Assembly (NCBI GenBank): GCA_965235115.1
Contig: OZ249441.1
Coordinates: forward strand, 13,578,001 to 13,642,000
Length of the DNA: 64,000 nt
Direction: 5' to 3'
DNA from: Laetmonice hystrix
Lineage: Eukaryota
Position numbers and translations under genes: made by a program. Positions 1 through 11,700 of this stretch are shown in pieces (position 1 is the first letter of the stretch; each line of letters begins with the position of its first letter). Under the pieces are notes generated by a model. It worked only from the letters and a program-made list of their open reading frames with translations, made no database searches and was not told the origin of the DNA.

Positions 1-224
1 CTCGACCCACCTACTGTATGCTTTAATTCATGGCGAAATCTTACTGTATCCACGGCGGCCTCGACCCACCTACTGTATGCTTTAATTCATGGCGAAATCT
101 TACTGTATCCACGGCGGCCTCGACCCACCTACTGTATGCTTCCATTCATGGCGAAATCTTACAGTTACTGTATCCACGGCGGCCTCGACCCACCTACTGT
201 ATGCTTCAATTCATGGCGAAATCT
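1..224. repeat. 59-bp tandem repeat, ~3.7 copies, truncated by the window start
   Basis: Unit CTCGACCCACCTACTGTATGCTTTAATTCATGGCGAAATCTTACTGTATCCACGGCGGC starts at 1, 60, 119 and 184. The third copy has a 6-bp insertion. Confidence 0.95.
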
Positions 225-1501
225 TGCCCTTCCTTTTCTTTCTGTTTGCCTTCTTTAAGATCTTTTGGCTAAGAAACTGAAACAGTCCTTCCCAGCTCAT
301 TCTCCCGTATCCCCTCCACTCCAGTGTCATTCAGTGAGTGGAAAGGTTTGTTACACTTTTCCCCTTCCCACCTCACCAGACTGCACCAACCCGAGCTAAG
401 TTTCAGTGAAATGGCGTGCTGTTATATGGACGACGTACACTTCAGATAACCTTGAGCCACACCTTTACTTAGGTGATTATCTCGACACGACATAATTTAG
501 ATTAAACCACATCAAACGCTCATCTCAGCAAGGAACCAAGGCAAGAATACTAACGATTAATGGTGATGCCTTTCTCACACCATACAAAAAGTTAATCTCT
601 TTTTTGGTCACGAGGAACCATCTGCGAACAGAAAGTTCGGCGCTCATAATATATCTGCCAGAAAAGGTATCACTTCTTCGCTACATTCTCATAGAAAAAA
701 CGGAACGGAATTGTCTTTCTGCTGCCATGACTGACGAGACGGGCCAGTGTTTGGGGCAGGCCTGACGGGACCGACTCAGGCAGATGTTCTGTCCCGTTTT
801 TCTAGCACGGCTCCCTGAGTAGCAGCACACATGACTAGGCCCGTTTGTTGGCTGATACAATCGTTTAGCAGGGCGGGGAGCGGCGCCCGCCGGGGCTCGG
901 GCGGCACCTCACTGGGGGCCGGCGGCACCTCGCCGCTCGTCGCGTGCCAAGAAAGGCGCTCTGTCAACCAGCGCCGTGACTGCGACACTCGGCTCAAATC
1001 TAATCGCCAACACCTTCAACGACAGAGTTCCCGCAAAGGGCTCACCCGAAATGTGGTCCCCACATGGCCGGAGACTTCACCGCTGACAAAGGCGTTCCCA
1101 TACACCTTGAATTTCAGCAACTTGTTTTTCGACTTTCAAAACACCCAAAAACTACATTTGTTTCTTTCCGATTCAGTAGTGACACCGATTACTGACAGAT
1201 ACATCATGTGACTGAAAACCTAACTGTCAACTAGTCCAGTCACGTGGTAAACTTTCCACACACACACATCAACAAGACATCTCATAAAACAGTCCTCCAT
1301 GATTTCATTAGGACAGCCCCCTTAATTAATTGACCCAACCAGGCTAGACTTTGCTCTCTCTCTCTGACTGGGTAAACACTAGAAGTAATACTTGATATGA
1401 ACGTTAAATATTACAGCGCCTTGGTACCCGATTTACTTCCTGACTGAGTGAAATTCGGTCTCCAAGAGAATGAGCTGCAGAAATCAACGTCCTCTCACAA
1501 G

Positions 1502-1561
1502 CCAGGAGGTCGTTTCAATAACAGCGAAGGGTCTGTCGATGTTATTGAAATGGTCCCCAGG
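1502..1561. other. 60-nt imperfect hairpin (pre-miRNA-like or MITE relic)
   Basis: TTTCAATAACA (1513-1523) pairs perfectly with TGTTATTGAAA (1540-1550). The stem extends to 26 positions with 3 mismatches and 3 G-U pairs, closing an 8-nt loop. Function unknown. Confidence 0.5.
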
Positions 1562-1722
1562 AGCCTTGGATTTAAAACCCAAGTGCTAAAATTCGCAAGT
1601 GATGAGTGAATTTGACTACATGGAGGCTGGTATCATTTCTGGCAGCCATTTCCCACTGCACCCGTCAGTCGGAGTTGAGCGACCATGGATCCTCACCATG
1701 TGTGGGCCTGTATGCCGTTCAT

Positions 1723-1808
1723 CAGACAAGACACCAAGGTGCACAGACAAGACACCAAGGTGCACAGACAAGACACCAAGGTGCACAGACAAGACACCAA
1801 GGTGCACA
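1723..1808. repeat. 21-bp tandem repeat, 4 copies
   Basis: Unit CAGACAAGACACCAAGGTGCA repeated 4 times exactly. Confidence 0.95.
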
Positions 1809-2191
1809 TGACAGACTGAAAGCCTTCTCCACGGATTCCTTCAACACTCCCAACACGTGATGTCTTGTGGCATTATCAGCTGGCGTGCGGTCGTCGCTAT
1901 CATCATTTAGATCAGAGAAATGGTGATAGCGCCACGCTGCACCGAGTCATCGAAGCCGATTAGGGACATTACAAATGACAGTGTGAGATCAAAACGAGAA
2001 TTTCTTCTTGTATTGTATAAGAAGTTGCATCCATCTTGAGGAAATGTTTTCGCTCAACCAGCCCTCTCCAACTTTTATCACTGTGATATTCATGACGCAC
2101 ACACCAGAACCACACGTTCTGAGATGGCAGAATTTTACACTATACGTTTGCTCGGCTACCCAACAGCTACGAGGACAATGCTCTAACTTAC

Positions 2192-2221
2192 CACGGTCAG
2201 CTCATCTACGTCTATGGTCAG
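2192..2221 (-). other. candidate 30-nt micro-exon of an unidentified minus-strand gene (LTIDVDELTV if phase 0-0)
   Basis: Minus strand reads ...ctaccttcctatag|CTGACCATAGACGTAGATGAGCTGACCGTG|gtaagt: pyrimidine-rich acceptor, consensus donor, open frame. No homology recognised. Confidence 0.25.
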
Positions 2222-5200
2222 CTATAGGAAGGTAGTTTGAAACTGACCATGCCTGTATAACAGATACTTATACAATTACTGCAGCTGGCTGAAATCTGTA
2301 CCTGGTCTGACGTACTCTACAGGTAACTCTGATAGTAGCCTGACGTCGTGTTGGGATAGAAGCCATCTACCTGACCAGCAGCCGGGATCAGGTGTTGATC
2401 CTAGGGTCCGCTCATCCCTAATCCCTACCTGTCAGGTCGGACACATGGATAATCCACGCTAAGCCCAGCGCACAGTCGGTAACAGGACGGCTTACCGCCT
2501 GACAACCACTTTTATGTGAAAGGAAAATCTCCGACATTTTCGGATAAAAAGATAATGAACCACCGCTTCCTCGGGTCTCTCTGACTTGGAAATTAATGAC
2601 CAGTAATTGTTGTAAAAATTAGATCCCACTATCTTATGTATACAAACTGCTACTGGACCAAGTATCGGCAATGTGTTTTTATCTTGTGTTTTCTGTGTGT
2701 GTTATGATCTGTGTGTGACGCTCATCAGCAACCTTTCTCTGCTGTTTATTTTGGTCTGAGTGGCAGAGGCCACACACGCGCCTCCCGAGGACATCCATGG
2801 TTAACACACAACCTAAGTCTAAACCACCTAAGTCTGGGGGTTATACTACAACTGTCCATCGAGACAGTGGAGCATATACTTGCGGTTACCGCAACCTACG
2901 ACAACCGTACTTCTCGACTACTGCACCTTTCTTTGTCAATATTCACACACAATGTATGAAATCCGTGAAATAGGTTGTCAGTTAAGTGTTCCTTTACATG
3001 TCTCTGACGTGGTGCACCCCTGCTTCTTTAAGTCAGTTAAAAAAGGATCAGGTTTCCTGGTACCCACATCATTATATACAACTGGAGTGAACACAAAACA
3101 CGTCTCTTTCCTGTTCTCCCGTATCAACTGACAACATTCTGTACGAGCGGGCGGATGTGTGTTGGAACGATTCGGACAAATGGACGGTCAACCTTTACAC
3201 ACTGAACAAAGTACCGTTAGAATGGGCTGGTTTCTTCTTACGACACCTTGAGACTGTGTAAGTGCACCGAGGTTTACGGTTACACTTTTATTGTAACTTA
3301 ACCTTTGTCAGTGAAGGTAAATAGATAATATTACGATAGCTACAATACCCTCCCCCCCCCCCCCGCCCCCTTGTGTTCACACCGTGAGCTGCTCTCAACA
3401 TGTCCAACTAGAAATATTTATTCAATCTCACAACGTCTCAAAATGAAGGAGGTATCAGAGAGAAGATCACTGTCTACGATATCATCACTGGTCAGACGAT
3501 GTGTGTTACAATGAGGAGACGATAGTGTTACAGTAACCATTATTATACCGTGCCACAAACAGCAGCAATCATCCTACAATACATTGGTGGACAATATTAC
3601 AATGATCTGTACTGACCTACTAAAATTTGGGGTCAATATTACAGGCCAATTAGAAAAACGCAAACAACACACAGTCACACTCCTATCAATACATTTCAAC
3701 TATGACAAAATTGAAAGTAATTACGGGCCTGGGCGGGCCTGGGAGCGCTGCTGCTGCTGCTGCCACCTGATGGAGCTGAAGCTTGCGGGGCTGACCCCAA
3801 GTTGATGGATGTTTATGGCCCGTGTTGTGACCCAAACTGGCCCTCGCTGACCCCGATAACCAAGCTGTTGGTTGACACAGAATGAGGTCTTTATTGGACT
3901 CTGAACTCCCGTAACGCAGGCTTATAATAGTCCATATGTGTACATGTAGCCATAGGATATAGAATTCGGTCAGGACCGTCACCAACATGTGTGGGTGTAT
4001 GTTTGTAGTTGCTGTGCAGGTCTAGGTCTGAACCTGGTGGATATTATCATACGTTCAGATACAAGCAAGTAATTAACTTGTAAACTAGAGATAGGAAGGT
4101 CCACTGGCCCGCTGCTTACCGGCATGATTCACCCATGGTGGATGGCCATCGTAATTACTGTCTAGACAACCACCAATGAATCTGATATTGTTGTTCAAGG
4201 CATCCGGCATACAAATGTTATATCATACTTCACTGAGGAGACTAACAATATGTAGGTATATAACTTCATGCAGTCCAGACTTTCTTAGCCCGTCTGCTAC
4301 CTCCGGGCAAGAGACTATTTTTCGTTTTATTACGAACAGTTTGCTGCTCGGTACAAAACCTGAAAGAGATGTAAAAAGTCCCTTTGTGATCATGAATGTC
4401 GAGTACAAAGTTCTGCGTTTAATAATTCGTATAAACTTTCGTTTCACTTTAGTTTCATTACTGGGAGAACAGTCTGGCTAATGGTTATTCTCGTTCCATC
4501 GGTTAGAACCTCTCCAACTGCCAGTCGGCCCTCTAACAGCCGAGCGCTAACACCAACCCATGTCCTGACCTGGACGTCAGCAAGGTTATTATGAGACATG
4601 TAGGTGGCACGGTTAGTGTCATACGTATTGCATTGTAACACGTTAAGGTGTGGACAGGTACGACAGGCCGACACATTAAATGGGACCAGTAGGCGTGTCA
4701 CGGCAGTGCCGTCACGCTGACCCACAATCTTCACCGTCTCCAAGGCCAAACGTTGGTTCCCCCTGGGGCCTGATGACACTCAGTCACAATGTTCGCACAA
4801 TTAATCTATCCAGGGCGGGAGGACGGTGGAGGCTGGACATTCCACCGGGGTCGACTGTGGCCAGTCACCTGGCCTCAGGGCCTGCCTGCTTGCCTGCCCG
4901 TTTACATTGGTCATCACCAAGGTCATACACCATTGGGATGTTTGACAATGTGTCCAGATCAGCGCGCGCCAGCCACGATCCTCACCGACCTCCGGCCCGT
5001 CTTACCTTGTGGTGGCGGCACCTCACACTCACACTATCAACACGACACTCGCCGCGCTAAAACATTATCTCTGCACGCCATCAAGTCTAGTGGAGTGTGA
5101 ATTTCTTCTACACATTAATTCTGAACAAATTCAGAAAACATTAACACGACAGTGACAACACAATACCTAATTATTGCAACTTGTAAAATTTGGCTCGTTA

Positions 5201-5451
5201 GACCTGTCTGCCCATCCCAGTGGCTCGGAGCTGCTTCCACCTGGCCTTGCCAGACCGTTTGTCATCTCAGCATCCTCTCTCTCTCCGCACAGGTCAGGAC
5301 GGATGAGTACAAACATTAGACCAGTAATTAGTGAGTACAAACATTAGTCCAGATGTCAATACGTCATGAGGGACGTATAGTCGTAGTCCACTCAAATTCT
5401 GATGACTCCTGTCATCATAATATGATTATGATACCACTACATCATATGACG

Positions 5452-6175
5452 CCCATCAGTTCCAACTGCTGGACCAAGGAAATAGGGACGCTCTCGAGGA
5501 GGTACTAATAACTCAACATCTGGAGCTATATCCTAACTATATCCCATCAGTTCATACTGCTGGACCAAGGAAATAGGGACGCTCTCGAGGAGGTACTAAT
5601 AACTCAACATCTGGAGCTATATCCTAACTATATCCCATCAGTTCCAACTGCTGGACCAAGGAAATGGGGACGCTCTCGAGGAGGTACTAATAACTCAACA
5701 TCTGGAGCTATATCCTAACTATATCCCATCAGTTCCAACTGCTGGACCAAGGAAATGGGGACGCTCTCGAGGAGGTACTAATAACTCAACATCTGGAGCT
5801 ATATCCTAACTATATCCCATCAGTTCCAACTGCTGGACCAAGGACATGGGGACGCTCTCGAGGAGGTACTAATAACTCAACATCTGGAGCTATATCCTAA
5901 CTATATCCCATCAGTTCCAACTGCTGGACCAAGGACATGGGGACGCTCTCGAGGAGGTACTAATAACTCAACATCTGGAGCTATATCCTAACTATATCCC
6001 ATCAGTTCCAACTGCTGGACCAAGGACATGGGGACGCTCTCGAGGAGGTACTAATAACTCAACATCTGGAGCTATATCCTAACTATATCCCATCAGTTCC
6101 AACTGCTGGACCAAGGACATGGGGACGCTCTCGAGGAGGTACTAATAACTCAACATCTGGAGCTATATCCTAACT
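5452..6175. repeat. 91-bp tandem repeat, 8 copies
   Basis: Unit CCCATCAGTTCCAACTGCTGGACCAAGGA(A/C)AT(A/G)GGGACGCTCTCGAGGAGGTACTAATAACTCAACATCTGGAGCTATATCCTAACTATAT with period 91; near-identical copies. Confidence 0.97.
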
Positions 6176-8721
6176 TCTGTTTCTGCCACGTGACGCTTAT
6201 TGAATGCAAATTTTGCACACGCCTTTGAAAACTTCATAAACTAGCACCTGCTCGCCAATGGATTAGGTATCAATTAGGCCAGCCTGTGTTCGTGAAGAAT
6301 AATTCATTACAAACGACCGTCTTTTCGTTGTAAGGAATAATGCAAAACAGGAACAAAAAGTCCAATATTTCATCACTGAATTTCCCCTACAGTACTATTT
6401 TTTTTAAAATCATACCATCTGCCAAGCTCAGTTCCTCGGAAAGAATTACTCTTTAAAAGTTTCTGACTTTATTTTTACATCTAAGCCCCTCTCCCTCCAT
6501 AAGGCCTTCAAATCCCCCTTAGAGCTAAACTCCTCCAAATAACCCTGCACGTATACGTGGTTGTCCTCTAAAGCCGACATACCATGACCTAGCGACTGGC
6601 GACCTCCCTTTCATATATTACCATTGATTAGGCGGCAGTTTTCGCAATTAGTAATCTGTACACCACTCTAACAGTACAAGGAAGGTGATAATTATCATGT
6701 TTGACAACCACTGACCCTCCTGTCAGGCCATGTCCACGGTCCAGCATACCATTGTAACCGGTCTGACCTGGAGACCTACCTGGAGACCTGGCTGGAGCTA
6801 GGGTCATCCCATCCCCTCACCAAGATCACACTCCCTGCCTACATACCTAACCTCCTGGGCCAACCGGCCTTTTCACATCATCAACGAATTGGGTCTGACT
6901 GATTCCATTGTATTTTAGACAAGACCACCTCTGGGAATCTACGACAATCTAAAGGACTGGTATATGTCACTGACACCAAATATCTCAGCCTCGACTCCAT
7001 GTCCTGGGGCCCCTTTATGATCGAGTAGTCACATTCAGTCCCTTCACCCCCTAACTACTGCTGGCATTCTAAAGTCGTGCAAATTTCAACGGCTTTTTTT
7101 CTTCTCGTACTTTGCCCACTCCTGTAAACACAAAGAAATGTGTATATGCTGTAATTTTAGCTGTAAACATTCGCCACTTTGATACACATGAGCACTTGTC
7201 AAGGACAGGTGCCAAATTTCAGGCTGCTCGCCACCTAATCAACTGTGTGCGACTGGCTCTGGTTGTGATGTAAACAAATCTGACCGTCTGAGTGGAGTGT
7301 TTGACCTTGTTTACATGAGCTGTCAGTTTAACGTCCAGCCTTTATTATCATCCTCATCTCGATGAGTTCAATCAAACAGTAGCCGTTTGGCAAACATGTG
7401 ACAGCTGGGACTCACATTAACGTCAGATGTGCCGCTATTTCACCCAAAGGAACATTCCCCACCTTCTTTCTACCCTCATCTTTGACCCCATTATCTAGCT
7501 ATTTGTTCACTTTTCCATTAGTACTGTGGCGATTCTAGGTTTATGTGTGTGTGTATTAATGTAAGTTAGTGTATTTTATTCCAAACTTTGTATGTCAGTA
7601 TTTTGGCCTTGGTGACAGGGTCGCCACAGTACTATAAGCACCGAAGGCGCATGTGTTTTGCGACACCTTTCGAAATCAATATCGCTATCGCGAATTTTGT
7701 CAGCTTACAAAATTACGACAATTTTATCAGCTTACAAAGTTAAGACAATTTCCACAATATATAATTTTCGATGAAATTCCACCCTTTCTCCCTGCTTCAA
7801 TCAGCACGTGTCAATTTTCGAGGGATTTACAGGTTGTGTATGTGTCATAACTAACGAGAGGTCGCTGTCCCACCCGTCGGTCACCACGACCGGCGGTCAC
7901 AGTGACCAACCACCACACCCGTCACCACCCTGGCGAGATTCACTCAAGATTGACCCTGTCCCTCCTGATTTGTGATAAACACGACGTCATTGTCACCTGG
8001 ATCGAGTTTCCCACACATGCCATTTCACAAGGACACGTGAAACGGTCAATGGGTTTCTTCACTCAGTGAAACGGGACCCCTTCCCCCGGGCTTCGCTTCC
8101 ATTCCAGGATTCCAGGGTCCAGAAACCACGTCAACATCATGACGTCACCACGGACATGCGCATCGGCATCGTCCGCACCAGCAGGTCGTTTCTCATCCCC
8201 AACCTGCCCTTGCCATGGTAATGTGGAATAATTACAATGATACGTACGACATTACACATTCATTTCCACTGGGCCTTTACAAGCAAACCCAACAATGAAG
8301 ATGTTTTTTTGCACACGCCTTTGAAGACTTTTACTAACAAAACCAACAATGAAGGAGCTGTTTTTCCAAAACCCACAACGACTTCCCATGATCTGGTACA
8401 AATCGCTTTCATAAGATTTACATTTACGCTTCACGTTCTTTAAATCATCTGAAATTACTGTCAGCCCTGTTAACTGTAAACTGAAACTAAAATCACAATC
8501 AATTTCTGCGAAACAAAAGTTTGGTGATGTGAAAGGTAAGAATTTGATTGACAAACAGCAAGTTTCATAGGGCATTTGGACCTTTCCTCAAAATAACGTT
8601 TTCCCTATCCGACCCTTAGGTTTTCCATGTTCAGCCATGCACACGTCCCCCCTTCTGTCATGATTAATATCACCGCAATCGAGAAATGAATGCCAGTTAA
8701 TCTTTTAAACGAAATACTTAC

Positions 8722-8765
8722 CTTTCTACACAGAACGGGCTGGACAACAAGCTCAAACGACTTAC
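8722..8765 (-). other. 44-nt exon or recursive-splicing (RS) exon of a minus-strand transcript
   Basis: Minus strand reads atcttcctttttcttttgttgcag|GTAAGTCGTTTGAGCTTGTTGTCCAGCCCGTTCTGTGTAGAAAG|gtaagt: very strong acceptor, exon that itself begins GTAAGT, and a second consensus donor 44 nt later. Open as (G)KSFELVVQPVLCRK in phase 1 to 0. Confidence 0.6.
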
Positions 8766-11700
8766 CTGCAACAAAAGAAAAAGGAAGATATTATTATGAT
8801 TATTGACAAATACTATGGCGACTGTATCGCAGCTTGGGCAAGGTGACCCATCTGACTCTGTAAGCTGGCGTTCTATGTTCTATTAATTGTGCACAAATCC
8901 TATTGTAACAAATCTATTAACCGTATTAAATCCTTAAATATCCTGACGTAAAAGGAAACTAGTCAAAGATAAAACACAAAGTGTAATTGTAACCCAATCA
9001 TTCTGTTTCATAGACAAAAGGAGCGACCGCTGCACTGAATGAAGATTTACTTCACCAGGAAACTCGAAGGTTACCTCCTCAAATGTTACAGTGGAGTGGA
9101 TTGGAGTGGAATACCAACGCTAGAATCGAAATTTGATTCGACCTAACCAATGGTTGCCCGCTGACTGTATAATACAGAGGTCTACAATAATGATGCCACT
9201 GTTACTGGTTGTATTTATGACCATCCTCCCACTGCTTCAAAACCTTATAAATGGGTCAATCAAGATGTCCTTGCTGACTATAGTTCCGGTAGATAAATCT
9301 ATTTTTTCTTCAAGTAAAACCAATGCTGCAATGGGAAAGGCATGTTTTTCACGCGTGCTTTTTGACCTAACTGTTTTATCCCTGTGATCTTCCCAAAGGA
9401 CATAACCTTGCTGGCTGCATTTCATTAGATTACCATAGTCAGAACTGGAAAACTGTAATATAACCTTGCAGAGGTCTGCGGTAGACTTTGATGAGGTAAG
9501 GCAGACCTCCGTGATGAAGTCCCAGTACTGCAGGAAACATGTGTCACAATTTCATTGTCTTGCCGTCGTGTAGGTTATCCAATAATCTACCAGTCACTGG
9601 TGTGTGTCTGTCCTACTGCCCCCAGATAACCCGGCCAGCCGGTTTTCATTTTTGATCTTGTTTCTGATCACCGTACGGATGCTCGAACAGTGCCATAGCT
9701 TCACAACAAGCTCAGTCATGGTACATTTTTGTAAAATAGAAAAGTGGGGCGGCGCTTGAAGACAAATTAAGCAATGTGATATACGAATCAAAGCAATAAA
9801 GATTCCAGACAGCGTGGAGCAAGAAGGCCAATAAAGTTTTTTTTAAAGAAAAGGTCCAATGTTCCCTTAGCGCATGTGTCGAGGTCATGGGTGGTGGGGT
9901 GGTGGGGTGATGGGGGAGTTTGTTGGTTGATGGGGTGATGGGCCAGTTTGGTGGGGAGTGGGGGTGGACAACCTATCACGTACTAGAGATGAGGAAAAGG
10001 TCATCACTGCCAACCCTGCCACATTTAAATGGATCTAATTATCTCTCAACGGTTCACGGCAGTGGAAAAAATGCGATTTTGGGTCATAAAATGGATATAC
10101 ATTGTGTAAATGCTTTCAGCACTATCCTTGAATCTAACTTTCACCCCCCCCCCCCCCCAAGTCCGCCCCTCCAAAAAAGGTACTGCTGGTCCACGATGAA
10201 AAACTGGTAGATGACATTGTCCACCAAGAATGAGATATTTCACGGACATGGTAAGCATACCTGATAGAAGTATCATGCAATGCCTTTCCTTCTTCATCTT
10301 AACATAACTGACACTAGCTATGACTCAATTAATCAAATATTCAGAAAACCTACTCAAAGGCGCCCATAATAGATAAATCCTGATTGTTTTCTAGAACTGA
10401 TCATCATCACCACTTATTTCTATACAAAGTGCTAATAAAGTGGTTATATCCATCAAATGCCACCCAACCCAATGCTATAGCCAAGGTTACAATGACCGAC
10501 AAGGGCGACACGACGACCCATCTCTCAGATCACTGCTGCAGCAGGTACTGGCACACGTCACTGCAGCATGTCACTGCAGCGTACCAGCGCCATGGTGCTT
10601 GGCCCGCTGCGAGCAGATCCAGTCCTCAGGAGAGTGGTCACATTATGCAGGACTCAGCAGTTTTGACGAGTCGCCTTGCCTCCAAACCATGACTGATTAT
10701 CAGAGTAAAACGGGCCCAGTTTTTGTCTCGGTTCTCTGTCCCTCGAGAACCATTTCTTACCCGTTCCATGGGCCCAGTCATGCACGGCTCGCCCCCACTG
10801 CGTCCTTACATCTACAATCCCAATGTTATTTCATACAAAACAAGTAGCCCTGTGAATAATACTGGAAAGTTTACTGATTCCCACAAGATGTTATGTTGAT
10901 TCAAGGAGATAGTACTGCTAGGCGAAATACGACAAACAGCCAATAGAAAACCTGTCAGCCCACCCCCTCCCTTCCCCTCCCCCCCCCCCCCTCCCTCCCT
11001 ACCAAGCTCAGCTCGTAGACCTTCCGCGTTCATTTTTAATGGTCTAACAATTCATGCGACAAACACATTTGCCACCATCTTACACAAAGACGAGACGCCT
11101 CCGCCGCTGCTGTGGTCCACATATCATCTCCACATGATAGCTCAGTGTTGTACCGCCACCATTGTCGTATACAATCTCCACCTTTAGATATGTGACGCTC
11201 TGACTCAATTTCAAAGCCTCCGAGTTTCAATTCAACAGCAGTTCTTCTGCAAAGTTGCTGTCTCTAAACCGGAACGCTGTGCTGATACTATCAACCCACT
11301 GATGTACAGTGGCTGTCAATGTAGTAAATCTACGCACGTCCACAACCTCGCTGACACAATGGCAATAGCCTGCCTTAGAAAACCATCCTTTATTGTAAAC
11401 CTGTTAGTATCGTAATGCAATGTTGCTGGTCAGAGAAGACCCCTGTTGTAGCGTGAGAAAGGCAAATATCATACCGCCTTTCGTCTCTCTGGCCTGGGGT
11501 ATTCCTTCCAGAAGTCATCATTTCAGCAGCGTATAAAGGCGATAAAGGTTTCCCAAAAAGGTGGCGTCAGCTTACTAGACAGAGACGGGCACTCCTACCA
11601 CCTGCTAGTATAGATCTATGACATTTAGAGGTCATTTCTACAGTTTCCTTTTGTGGTGTATTCGTGCAATAATCGCTATCAGTTCACAGGGGCAGACTGC

